NCBI GenBank assembly: GCA_016204045.1
Contig: JACQLQ010000004.1
Location: forward strand, 24,981 to 88,980
Length of the DNA stretch: 64,000 bases
Direction of reading: 5' to 3'
DNA from: Parcubacteria group bacterium
GTDB lineage: Bacteria > Patescibacteriota > Minisyncoccia > Phycocordibacterales > UBA2135
Shown: positions 40,172 through 48,890 of the stretch, piece after piece
Layout of the letters: each line of letters opens with the position of its first letter
Numbering within the stretch: the first letter of the stretch is position 1
Notes under the pieces: model-generated
Seen by the model: the letters and a program-made list of their open reading frames with translations, nothing else
Databases searched by the model: none
Told to the model about the DNA's origin: nothing
Program-made: the position numbers and the translations under genes

Positions 40172-40735
40172 TTAGCTTGCTTTGTATTTTGCTACCTTGA
40201 CCCGTGCGGGGCGGAGGACGCGACCATGGAGTGTATACCCTCTTTGCGTCACTTCCACTATCTTTCCATCATCCTCTTCGTTGTTGGTTTGAACGGTCTC
40301 AATCGACTCGTGTCTCGTGGGATCAAAGTGTGCACCTTCGGGATGTATCTCTAGTATACTATTACTCTTCAAAACACCGATGAGTTGCGTATAAATGTAT
40401 TCGACGCCCGCTCGCCAGCCCTTATCTGCCTTTTCCCAAGCCTCTTTGTTCCGAAAAGCAAGTTCAAAACTGTCTACAACTGGGAGTATTTGCGAGAGGA
40501 TGTCTTCTTTTACAAACTCCCGGAGTGTCTTGCGCGATTCCTCTTCAGCTTTGCGTGCATTGATGAAGTCGGCTTTTGCCCTCTGCCAGCCGTCGAGGTA
40601 CTCTTGTCGTTCCTTTTCGCACTCGAGAAGCTTTTCACGAAGCTTCTTTTCTTTATCACGAAAAGAACTCTCACCTTCGTCGTTGGTTTCTTCAAGCTGG
40701 ATATCATCGGCGTTTGTGTCTCTGTTGTCAGGCAT
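40172..40735 (-). CDS. grpE: Nucleotide exchange factor GrpE
   Basis: [31 protein letters not shown]. Confidence 0.95.
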   Translation of the reverse strand: MPDNRDTNADDIQLEETNDEGESSFRDKEKKLREKLLECEKERQEYLDGWQRAKADFINARKAEEESRKTLREFVKEDILSQILPVVDSFELAFRNKEAWEKADKGWRAGVEYIYTQLIGVLKSNSILEIHPEGAHFDPTRHESIETVQTNNEEDDGKIVEVTQRGYTLHGRVLRPARVKVAKYKAS

Positions 40736-40742
40736 AGATGAG

Positions 40743-40862
40743 TCCCGTACGAAATAGGACACGGACACGTGCTGACTTCAATCCACAATTGTTATCTCTA
40801 TTAACAATAGATGGCGATGCCGTGTCGGTGTTTTTTGAAAGTGTCCGTGATTTCGTACGGGA
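40743..40862. repeat. 120-bp bulged inverted-repeat element (TCCCGTACGAA family, copy A)
   Basis: tcccgtacgaaat-[agga]-cacggacac ... gtgtccgtg-atttcgtacggga. Confidence 0.85.
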
Positions 40863-40869
40863 TGAGAAT

Positions 40870-40897
40870 ATTATATGATAAGTTTAAAAAACGTCAA
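40870..40897 (-). promoter_or_regulatory. Sigma70 promoter of grpE-dnaK
   Basis: TTGACG-16-TATAAT on the minus strand. Confidence 0.7.
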
Positions 40898-40986
40898 ACC
40901 CCGATACCAAAAACCCCCGCGGGGGTTTTGAGAAATGAGGGTTGGTGTGCCACTTCCGATTACGGCGGACTGTTTCAAGACATTGA

Positions 40987-41421
40987 TTAGGTTACGTCTT
41001 CCTCTTTCCCGTCTTTTTCCACAATTCTCACCTTAGCGGGTCCCCCTCCCTCCGCGTCGTCTAATTCAAATCTAAGTTTTGTGCCGTCACTTGTGGTAAT
41101 TTTCATACTACCGAAAATATCGACAGCGGTAATTGTTTGACCCACCAGCGGAGACAGTTTTTTCTCAATTTGATCACCTTGCGTCAACAGCTCTGCTTGT
41201 CCGCCTTTTTCTGCAAACTGCATCCCAGTCCCATATTCGATGTCATTGAGGTCAATTTTGAATTTTCTGCCATCGCCTGTAGTAATGACTAGCTCATCTC
41301 CTAGTCCTTCAAGTTTGATATCTGAAATCGTTTGGCCCACAAACAGGTCTAATTTGTTTTCTGGGCTTTCGTGTGCGTCTGATCCCTCTTCCTCTCCCGG
41401 CGAAGCTGATTCAAATGACAT
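40987..41421 (-). CDS. Acidic hypothetical protein with internal duplication
   Basis: Two copies of LxxxVGQTIxxxxx...xITTxDGxKxxxxLxDxExGxG. Confidence 0.7.
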   Translation of the reverse strand: MSFESASPGEEEGSDAHESPENKLDLFVGQTISDIKLEGLGDELVITTGDGRKFKIDLNDIEYGTGMQFAEKGGQAELLTQGDQIEKKLSPLVGQTITAVDIFGSMKITTSDGTKLRFELDDAEGGGPAKVRIVEKDGKEEDVT

Positions 41422-41477
41422 ATTTTTGCTTCTACAATTTAATAAGCGGAGTTGACTTATCTAGTGCTCATAAATGA

Positions 41478-41930
41478 TTAACGCTTGCTCCACTGCGGCG
41501 CCTTTCTTGCTTTCTTCAAACCAAACTTCCTGCGCTCTTTCTCGCGCTGATCGCGAGAAAGGAATTTTGACTTCTTGAGCTTGCCGCGCCATTCGCTGTC
41601 ATATTCCACAAGAGCGCGAGATAATCCGTGACGAAGCGCTTCCGCCTGGGCATGAATACCACCGCCCGAAACGTGAGCGCTGACATCAAATTTGCCTACT
41701 ACCTTAACCTTCTGAAATGCTTCGTTGATGATCTGCTGCATTTCTTCTGTCTGAAAGTAAGCAACAGCGTCTTTGTTATTAACACTGAAAACGCGCTTTG
41801 CGCCAACACCTTCAAAGATACGCACACGAGCAGTGGCAGTCTTGCGACGGCCTACTGTCTCAATGTATCGCCCCTTAGGCAATTTTGGGATCGAGGCGAC
41901 TTCGGTATTCTGTTGTTCGGTCGTAACCAT
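41478..41930 (-). CDS. rpsI: 30S ribosomal protein S9
   Basis: GRRKTATARV, GGGIHAQAEA, KARKAPQWSKR. Confidence 0.97.
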   Translation of the reverse strand: MVTTEQQNTEVASIPKLPKGRYIETVGRRKTATARVRIFEGVGAKRVFSVNNKDAVAYFQTEEMQQIINEAFQKVKVVGKFDVSAHVSGGGIHAQAEALRHGLSRALVEYDSEWRGKLKKSKFLSRDQREKERRKFGLKKARKAPQWSKR

Positions 41931-41969
41931 AATATAAATGTGATTCCAAATAGTGTACTTCTTTTGGGA

Positions 41970-42314
41970 TTATTCTACCACCTTGAGCCTTTTCATCCGT
42001 TCGTTGCGAAGACGGTTTGCTGGCAACATACCATATACCGCGTGCCTAATCGGCTCTTCGATACCATGACGCTCAATGACCTTCTCAAGCGGCCGTTCCT
42101 TCAAGCCTCCGTGGTAACCCGTGTAGTGTTTATAGATTTTTCCTTTCTGCTTTGTAAGAGGGATAAAGAGGGCATTTGCATTGATGATCTCAACTTCCAC
42201 ATCAAGAACGCGGTTTTTGACAAAGTCGACTCGCGACTTCCCAATGAGCAAAGCCGCTGCCGCCGAAGCGACACGACCGATTTTCTTTCCTTTTGCATCT
42301 ATGGTGTATTTCAT
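41970..42314 (-). CDS. rplM: 50S ribosomal protein L13
   Basis: IDAKGKKIGRVAS, HYTGYHGGLK, AVYGMLP. Confidence 0.95.
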   Translation of the reverse strand: MKYTIDAKGKKIGRVASAAAALLIGKSRVDFVKNRVLDVEVEIINANALFIPLTKQKGKIYKHYTGYHGGLKERPLEKVIERHGIEEPIRHAVYGMLPANRLRNERMKRLKVVE

Positions 42315-42339
42315 AGCGTTTAGGGTATACAAGTACCGC

Positions 42340-42693
42340 TTAGATGAACTCAATTACCGCCATTGCACTCCCGTCTCCGAGACGACGAGGCAGTTTGGTA
42401 ATCCTTGTGTAACCACCTTTGCGATCAGTGTATTTGGGGGCAATTTCTTTAAAAAGCTTCCCACCGCTCACCTTGTCGCCTCCAAGGCGTGAAATGATGA
42501 GGCGGCTTTGAGCGAGCGTACCATGTTTCCCTTGCGTAACCAACTTCTCTACAAAAGGCCTTAATTCTTTTGCGCGCGCTTCAGTTGTGCGAATCTTGCC
42601 CTTTTTGATAAGGGAAGAAGCGAGCGAGCGCAAAAGAGCGCGCCTTTGGTTTCTTTCTCTTCCGAATTTTCTGTTTTTGTTGTGGTGTCTCAC
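42340..42693 (-). CDS. rplQ: 50S ribosomal protein L17
   Basis: MRH..RKFGR, TTEARAKELR, GGYTRI. Confidence 0.97.
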   Translation of the reverse strand: MRHHNKNRKFGRERNQRRALLRSLASSLIKKGKIRTTEARAKELRPFVEKLVTQGKHGTLAQSRLIISRLGGDKVSGGKLFKEIAPKYTDRKGGYTRITKLPRRLGDGSAMAVIEFI

Positions 42694-42712
42694 GGTTACA
42701 ATCGCTTCTCGA

Positions 42713-43678
42713 CTATTTTAAAGTAATTCCAAAATTAGACAAGGTTCGCTTCACTTCTTGCACCCCCTTCTCACCAAGCCCATCGAGTTCCAGGAGATCC
42801 TTTTCGGTCTTTCTCGCGAGACCTCCCACTGTGCGAATATTTGCCTTAGTGAGTGCGTTTACCGTCCGAGTACCGAAACCAAGCGTGTCGATGCGTGTTT
42901 TCAAAAACTCTTTTTCCTCCTCCGCCCGCTTCACCTCAACCCCCCCCTCGCCTTCCTCGCCATCTTCTTTTGCCACCTCCGCCTTGGACTCTTCTTCCTG
43001 GAAACCGACGATGGCCTTCAACTGCTTAATCATGATGGAAATCGATGCCTCTAAGGCCTCGCGCGGAGAAATACTCCCGTCTGTTTCAATCGAAATACGA
43101 AGACGATTATAGTCTGTTCGTTCACCGACACGCATGTTTTCTACTTCATAGTTAACGCGACGTATCGGAGAGAACACGGCATCAAGTGCGATAGTGCCGC
43201 GCTCTACTTTTTCTTTTTGATGTACTTCTTTGGGAACGTAGCCCAATCCTTTTTCGAGGCGGATAGTAACTTCAAGTGTAGTGCTCTTGTTGGTAATCTC
43301 GGCAATATACGCTTCTGGGTTTAGAACCTCTACCTGGCCGGGCGCCTCAATATCGGCGGCAGTTACCACCTTAGCGCCCTTCACCTTAATCCGCACCTCT
43401 TGCGATTCATCGGTCGCCATTCTGAAGTTCACTTTGCGTATGTTTAAGAGTAGCGCAATGACGTCCTCCTTTACTCCTGATATCGTTGAAAACTCGTGCG
43501 CAACACCCTCAATCTTCAGAGAAGTAATTGCTGTGCCGACGAGTGACGACAATACTATGCGACGGAGTGAGTTCCCGAGGGTGTGCCCATAACCAGGGTA
43601 AAGCCCCTCAATCTCATAAACACCGTGCGCGCCCTCTTCTTTCACTACCTTTGGTTTTGTTGGGAGGATGATCTCCAT
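42713..43678 (-). CDS. rpoA: RNA polymerase alpha subunit
   Basis: GYGHTLGNSLRR, HEFSTISGVKEDV, RVGERTDY. Confidence 0.98.
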   Translation of the reverse strand: MEIILPTKPKVVKEEGAHGVYEIEGLYPGYGHTLGNSLRRIVLSSLVGTAITSLKIEGVAHEFSTISGVKEDVIALLLNIRKVNFRMATDESQEVRIKVKGAKVVTAADIEAPGQVEVLNPEAYIAEITNKSTTLEVTIRLEKGLGYVPKEVHQKEKVERGTIALDAVFSPIRRVNYEVENMRVGERTDYNRLRISIETDGSISPREALEASISIMIKQLKAIVGFQEEESKAEVAKEDGEEGEGGVEVKRAEEEKEFLKTRIDTLGFGTRTVNALTKANIRTVGGLARKTEKDLLELDGLGEKGVQEVKRTLSNFGITLK

Positions 43679-43750
43679 AAGCGTTTAGCGTTAAGCGTTT
43701 AGCTCTTAGGACCTGTTGTTCATGCCTAATTGCTAGACGCTAACCGCTTA
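43679..43750. repeat. Heptamer tandem repeats forming an imperfect hairpin
   Basis: (AGCGTTW)x3-4 followed by complementary (CTAxxxG)x3 units. Confidence 0.6.
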
Positions 43751-43758
43751 AATTAAAA

Positions 43759-44364
43759 TTAACGACTATAAAATTCGATAATCGAAGTTATATTAAATAC
43801 CATTTCTTGCTGTTTGTCAATTGCTGGTGCTCCCTTAACGACCGCCCCGAATGTTTCTGTACGGGAAAGCCATTGAGGTGGGGTGTGATCCTTGATTCGT
43901 TCAGCAAGGGTCAAAAAGAGGCTCTTGTCACGACTTTGAAGCCGGATAGCAATCCTGTCTCCCGGCCGCACGCTGTACGAAGGGATCGAAACCTTTCGAT
44001 CGTTAACCATAATGTGCCCATGCGACACAAGCTGTCGCCCAAGAGCACGACTCTGTGCAAATCCGAGTCGGAAGACCGTATTATCCAAACGGCTTTCGAG
44101 CAAGCGATACAATTCTTGCGCTGGGTTTGACCCTTTCTTGGCTGACGCCTTCTTTACATAATTCCCAAACTGTCGCTCTCGAACACCATAATAATAGCGC
44201 GCCTTTTGTTTTTCCAAAAGTTGCGTACCAAACTCTGTGAGCGGCTGGGTGCGGTGCTTCCTGGTCCTCATCTTTGGAGTAATAACAAACTTCGGATTTT
44301 CCGTTTTTGGGAAGACGCGAGCACCGAGCCTCCTTGCGATTTTGAATTGTTTGAGTTTAGGCAT
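43759..44364 (-). CDS. rpsD: 30S ribosomal protein S4
   Basis: QLLEKQK, LESRLDN, RQLVSHGH. Confidence 0.97.
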   Translation of the reverse strand: MPKLKQFKIARRLGARVFPKTENPKFVITPKMRTRKHRTQPLTEFGTQLLEKQKARYYYGVRERQFGNYVKKASAKKGSNPAQELYRLLESRLDNTVFRLGFAQSRALGRQLVSHGHIMVNDRKVSIPSYSVRPGDRIAIRLQSRDKSLFLTLAERIKDHTPPQWLSRTETFGAVVKGAPAIDKQQEMVFNITSIIEFYSR

Positions 44365-44375
44365 GATGTAAATGA

Positions 44376-44810
44376 CTATACCCTTCTTGGTTTAGGTGCA
44401 CGAGGGCCATTAAAGGGCCGCGGTGTTTCGTCGCGAATTGAGTGGAGTTCAATGCCCTTACCCGAAAAGGCGCGCAACGCCGCTTCGCGGCCGGCACCAA
44501 CACCGCGCACAACCACATCCGCGCTTTGCATACCCAACAATTGCGCTTGCTCCCCGACGAGCTCACCAACCTTTGCCGCGGCGTAGGGTGTCCCCTTCCT
44601 GGTTCCACCGAAGCCAAGGCTTCCACTCGATGACCACAGAACAGCGCGCCCGTCCTTGTCTGTAACAAGAAGCTTCGTGTTGTTATACGTTGCCTGAATA
44701 TGGAGGATGCCGTGCGGAACCTTCCGTTTGCTCCCCCTAGCAAGAGAACGGGCCCGCATCTCTGCGTTGTATCCCGCTCCGCCTTTTTGTGCTGTACGCT
44801 TTTTTCCCAT
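44376..44810 (-). CDS. rpsK: 30S ribosomal protein S11 (true start ATG 44810)
   Basis: ATYNNT, RKGTPYAA, GVGAGRE, FNGPR.PK.RRV. Confidence 0.97.
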   Translation of the reverse strand: MGKKRTAQKGGAGYNAEMRARSLARGSKRKVPHGILHIQATYNNTKLLVTDKDGRAVLWSSSGSLGFGGTRKGTPYAAAKVGELVGEQAQLLGMQSADVVVRGVGAGREAALRAFSGKGIELHSIRDETPRPFNGPRAPKPRRV

Positions 44811-44860
44811 GCCAAAAATTAAGGAATGAATGTTGTAATGAATGACTAAAATTTTTGAGC

Positions 44861-45070
44861 ACCCAGCACTTATTTTGCCTCCAACTATCCCGCGCGGTGC
44901 GGCTGCCGAATAGGCAGACCCCTCTTTGCGCGAAGCGCTGCGCCCCTTGAGGGATGCGGCTGTCCGCCGCTCGCGCTTCGCACAATGGTTCGGTGCAAAA
45001 TAAGTGCTGGGTAAAGGTTTGGCAGTCGCCATTTCTACCTCCCAAAAGAGGGGCACAAATGGCGAGCCAA
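44861..45070. other. Large branched structured element in the rpsM-rpsK spacer (candidate ncRNA or miniature mobile element)
   Basis: Perfect 18-bp IR 44861-44878/44995-45012 enclosing nested stems; second hairpin 45019-45070. Confidence 0.7.
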
Positions 45071-45076
45071 TTCGCT

Positions 45077-45457
45077 TTATTTCTTCTCCAACTTGCGCTT
45101 ACCAGAGCTCATGGTCTTGCGGACGTTCCCGCGCACAGTTCTCGAGTTCACTTTGGTACGTTGACCGTGGACAGGAAGGCGGCGCATGTGACGTATACCT
45201 CGGTAACTCTTGATATCCTTGAGCCGTTTTATATTTGCACCAACGAGACGCCGAAGTTCACCTTCGACGGTCATTCCTTCGATCAGCTGACGGATTTTGT
45301 TCTCCTGGTCCGCTGTTAACTCTGTTGGCTTCGCGTTTAGGGAAACTTTTGCCTCACCCAAAATGCGCCTTGCTTGAGCACGCCCAACTCCATAGACGGC
45401 GGTGAGTCCGATCTCAAGTTGTTTTTTTTCTGGGATGTTGATTCCTGCGATACGCAT
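45077..45457 (-). CDS. rpsM: 30S ribosomal protein S13
   Basis: MRIAGINIP, YRGIRH..LPVHGQRTK.N.RT. Confidence 0.97.
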   Translation of the reverse strand: MRIAGINIPEKKQLEIGLTAVYGVGRAQARRILGEAKVSLNAKPTELTADQENKIRQLIEGMTVEGELRRLVGANIKRLKDIKSYRGIRHMRRLPVHGQRTKVNSRTVRGNVRKTMSSGKRKLEKK

Positions 45458-45509
45458 AGCTCAGTACTTCGATTATAAATGGATGCAATTGTATGCTGTA
45501 TAAAAAATA

Positions 45510-45623
45510 TTACCCTTGACGCTGTTTATGCTTCGGATTCTTGCAAATAACATACAGCCGGCGTTTCCGACGTACAATCTTGCAGTTTGAACAAATCGTT
45601 TTGATTGATGCTTTAACTTTCAT
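45510..45623 (-). CDS. rpmJ: 50S ribosomal protein L36
   Basis: Own translation: [37 protein letters not shown]. Confidence 0.97.
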   Translation of the reverse strand: MKVKASIKTICSNCKIVRRKRRLYVICKNPKHKQRQG

Positions 45624-45634
45624 TTTGTTTTCGG

Positions 45635-45659
45635 AAGTGTCCGTGATTTCGCACGGGAT
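45635..45659. repeat. Single arm of the TCCCGTACGAA family (copy C)
   Basis: aagtgtccgtgatttcgcacgggat matches 40839-40863 with one mismatch. Confidence 0.8.
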
Positions 45660-45668
45660 TCATGCGGT

Positions 45669-45908
45669 CTACAGCCGTCTCGTAATCCGTCCCTTCCCCC
45701 CGTATGGGTCGAGCTCTAACTCAACTCGGTCGCCAACAAGGACTTTAATCCGATACATTCGCATTTTGCCGGCAAGATACGCGAGTATTTCTCCGCCTTC
45801 TCCTCCTGGTGTGGCACCTGGTGAAGCATCCAAAGCAACGCGAAAAAACGCATTAGGAAGGGCTTCTGTGATTACCCCCATCGCCTTTGGGACATTCTTA
45901 GCTTTCAT
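45669..45908 (-). CDS. infA: Translation initiation factor IF-1
   Basis: EALPNAFFRV, LAGKMR..I.VLVGDRV.EL.PY..GRI. Confidence 0.96.
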   Translation of the reverse strand: MKAKNVPKAMGVITEALPNAFFRVALDASPGATPGGEGGEILAYLAGKMRMYRIKVLVGDRVELELDPYGGKGRITRRL

Positions 45909-45974
45909 TTAATACGTACTACCCCACCCGGAGGGTAGGGTTTGTGCGACGTTTTATAATAACAAAGGGGGGGG

Positions 45975-47423
45975 CTAATAGTCAAGCGTGCTTTTAACAT
46001 CTATGTCTTGGGGGTTTTCTGGAAACTCCCCCTTCCAGAAGGGCCTGACCATAACTTCGGCCTTTATAACGCCCGAAAACTGACCCATGGCGTTTTTCAG
46101 GCTGTCTTTTGAACGGCCAGTAAGCGCTTCCTTAATCTTCTCGCTATCGAATTTCCAGACAAATTCTGGTTCACCCTTAAGCGAGAACGTAAGATGTGTG
46201 TCTTCCGCAGGATTGAAAGTATCTTTGTTTGCTATGGCAAACGCAAGTGTCGCTACGTTCGCAATTTCAATATCCTCCTCTTCCGTTAATTGCGGGAGTA
46301 GTTTACCGCCGAGGTAGGAGAAAAATGCCTCCCGAGGGAAAAGGATGCCGTAGAGTTTTCCTTCTTCGCGCACAACAACAGTGCGTTCGCTTACTTCAGA
46401 TTCTGCGCTCTTTAACGAGGGAGAAAATTTGATCAGTACTCCTTCGTCAAAAAGAATAAAGTCCGCGGGTTTCTCGGCAATCGCTTTTTCTACTAATTGC
46501 TTTTTGAGCGCACTGCGAAGCTCTTCTCGTATCTTTGTTTCTTCATCCTCCGCAATCGTCTTTACCGCGCCACTAAAGCCACCCTCAAGCGCAGTCGATG
46601 ATCGCGCATAAAATGCGGTATACCTAGGCGTCCCCTTAAAGCCGGGAACGGTAAACTCGGTTTTCTCAATATTGTATCGTTCCCCCGGCAAATCCGCGTG
46701 CACTGTTACTTCCACGCTACCTGGCACCAATGTTCCATCGACCTTGCTTTGACCTGGCACGACGACGGATTCGTAAATCCGATACACAAGCCCGCCCGCG
46801 GCTTCAAAACGGGTGTTGCGTATCAGTCGCTGTTCAGCACTGCTGTAGTTGTTGAAAATGGTGATTTTCCCCGACGCGCGGCGCTCGATGTTTTTCATTT
46901 CTGTTGCATTGACCTGTCGTTCGAGTGCCAAAGAGAGCTGCATCACCTCAAACGCAAGCGCGCCTTTTTCTCCTGGCTTAAGACCGCGCTCTGCGGCAAA
47001 GACGGCATTGAGTGCCATACTCTTTGTGCGTGGGGTGATGATGACCGTTGCGCTCTCAAAAAGCGTCGCAACAGAAAGAATGAGAAAGAGGACCGAGAGA
47101 GATGCCGCCCCCCACAACACGCCTCTTGAGTACCGACGTGGCGCGCCAGGTACTTTCATGGAAAACCCGGGGTGGAGTCCCGCTTCCGCTACTTTTGGAG
47201 TTTCCTTTCGCGCCTCCGGAGCTTTTACCTCCGCAGAAGCTCGATGCTCTTCAGACTTTCCCAATACGGTAGTCGATTTCAGTTCCCCCTCTGTCGTGTT
47301 TTTGGGTGAACGTTCAAATCTTGCGAATAATTTTGACTTCTTTTTGGTTAGAAAGCTATCTCGGGCGGGTAGGCTCCCGGATGGTTCTTTGATGCGGATG
47401 TCATTTATCTTTTTTCGCGGCAT
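45975..47423 (-). CDS. Single-pass membrane protein with baseplate-J-like domain (conserved CPR hypothetical)
   Basis: TM helix then ASGKITIFN..QRLIRNTRF..VVVPG..VTVHADLPGERYNI..FTVPG..GG. Confidence 0.65.
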   Translation of the reverse strand: MPRKKINDIRIKEPSGSLPARDSFLTKKKSKLFARFERSPKNTTEGELKSTTVLGKSEEHRASAEVKAPEARKETPKVAEAGLHPGFSMKVPGAPRRYSRGVLWGAASLSVLFLILSVATLFESATVIITPRTKSMALNAVFAAERGLKPGEKGALAFEVMQLSLALERQVNATEMKNIERRASGKITIFNNYSSAEQRLIRNTRFEAAGGLVYRIYESVVVPGQSKVDGTLVPGSVEVTVHADLPGERYNIEKTEFTVPGFKGTPRYTAFYARSSTALEGGFSGAVKTIAEDEETKIREELRSALKKQLVEKAIAEKPADFILFDEGVLIKFSPSLKSAESEVSERTVVVREEGKLYGILFPREAFFSYLGGKLLPQLTEEEDIEIANVATLAFAIANKDTFNPAEDTHLTFSLKGEPEFVWKFDSEKIKEALTGRSKDSLKNAMGQFSGVIKAEVMVRPFWKGEFPENPQDIDVKSTLDY

Positions 47424-47470
47424 ACGTGAGGATAGAGATATCCTAAGTATACCATATTTTTCGTGTGTCA

Positions 47471-47588
47471 ATCCCGTACGAAGTCGCGAACGCCCCCGTT
47501 CAAGTCAATGAAGTCCGCGGGTTTTTGTTAGGAACGCACCCCTTTTGCCAAGTATCTGCCTCCGTTCGCGTTCTACTTCGTACGGGAT
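47471..47588. repeat. 118-bp bulged inverted-repeat element (TCCCGTACGAA family, copy B, opposite orientation)
   Basis: atcccgtacgaagt-cgcgaacg ... cgttcgcg-[ttct]-acttcgtacgggat. Confidence 0.85.
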
Positions 47589-47604
47589 CAACCCCCGCTC
47601 TCAA

Positions 47605-48801
47605 TTACACGAGGAAGACGGCTCGATCTGCAAAGATGGTTTCGGTGGTTAGGAAGGTGTCATCTTCACGGGGATTAGTAAGTTCAATGTGTGGTGCAAG
47701 TACTTCCCCGGAAAGAACATGGACAGGTACGCCACTATCAGCAAACACCGTCCCCAAAAGTGCCTCCTTAGCCAAGATTGTCTTGAGCCATCCAGCAAAT
47801 GCTGGATCCGCAGAGACAAATATCCCCTGCAGGAGAAAGGGTACGGGTGAAATAGAGGCAAGCGCCTTCCGTATCGCACGTAACAGCACGTCCTCTCGGT
47901 TTTTGACCAACGTTAAGATCCCAGAAGAAACATCTCGAGAGCTTTTACCGGTGAGTACGAGGGAAAGCAGTGATCTTGCCTCAGTCGCAGAGATGTTCTT
48001 TGCTTTCATGACGTCGCGCACAAAGATATTGGTGCCCATCGGAAATGAAAGCACGTCACGGAGCGCCCCGTCTGCGACGAGTCCGATCTCCACCACCTCA
48101 CCGCTCATGCGTACAAGGAGAGAATCGTCCACTTGGGGCCACAAATCGCGCACTCCCGCAAAGAGGGCAAACAGGTGGGAATGAAACGTTATCGGGGCGT
48201 TATGAAAAACGTGCGCGTACCCTTCGCGGATAATGCGGACGACATACTCTGGAGCGAGAGAAAGGTAGAGTGAGAGCGAAAGTTCTGTCCCGCGCTTTCC
48301 TTTTGGTGATACAACGGGATATCCGTTGACGGCTGCGCGCATAACATGTTTCTCGAGCAGCGTGACACTTTCCTTCCCAAAAGCTTTTTCACGAAAGCTC
48401 TCTGCCTCTTTGTCGAGAGATTGCTCCATTATTTCATCAGTAACAGTAAAGGGCTGGTCACGTTTTATCGTAATCGTCTTGGTGGCGATCGCATGCCAGG
48501 GCGCTCCGAGAACACAAACCACCTCGTCGGGTATGGTCCGCGCATATTCTCTGGGCACACGGAGCATCCCCTGTGTGGCAGTATCCTGCAGTACGGCCGT
48601 AAGCGTTGTCCCCATCCCGGCAAAAAATTTCTCAAAGTGGAGCGTGCTCTGAAACGGCATCTCCTTTCTTTTTGTGTAAAAGATGGTTGGTTTCCCGTCT
48701 TTGCGCAAGAGTGCAAGCGCGACTCCGATAGAAGCGCTCCCCACATCTATAATGACAGCGAGTCTTTCTGTCTTGCTACCCCAGGAGGAGAAGATTCCCA
48801 T
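47605..48801 (-). CDS. Divergent FtsA/PilM-like actin-fold protein
   Basis: IIDVGSASIG phosphate-1 motif, VNGYPVVSP.G, FPMGTN. Confidence 0.6.
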   Translation of the reverse strand: MGIFSSWGSKTERLAVIIDVGSASIGVALALLRKDGKPTIFYTKRKEMPFQSTLHFEKFFAGMGTTLTAVLQDTATQGMLRVPREYARTIPDEVVCVLGAPWHAIATKTITIKRDQPFTVTDEIMEQSLDKEAESFREKAFGKESVTLLEKHVMRAAVNGYPVVSPKGKRGTELSLSLYLSLAPEYVVRIIREGYAHVFHNAPITFHSHLFALFAGVRDLWPQVDDSLLVRMSGEVVEIGLVADGALRDVLSFPMGTNIFVRDVMKAKNISATEARSLLSLVLTGKSSRDVSSGILTLVKNREDVLLRAIRKALASISPVPFLLQGIFVSADPAFAGWLKTILAKEALLGTVFADSGVPVHVLSGEVLAPHIELTNPREDDTFLTTETIFADRAVFLV

Positions 48802-48890
48802 GTTGGTATTGTAGCATGGACAGACCTTGTTCGCGTTTTATATTTGTGGAAAATTGACTGGTTATTGAGGAGGTGCTATAGAGACTGGAG

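Noticed and set aside
44811-45056. 81-aa N-terminal extension of S11 in the ORF track
   Set aside because: It runs through a palindromic non-coding element; S11 homology starts at ATG 44810.
45790-45830. Short Gly/Pro insertion in IF-1 (and a similar loop insertion in MurF)
   Set aside because: Only a short direct repeat, with no clear match to the repeat families found; too weak to call.
40743-47588. Integron attC sites or a CRISPR array as an explanation for the repeats
   Set aside because: No RYYYAAC/GTTRRRY cores, no regular repeat-spacer periodicity, and no intI or cas genes.
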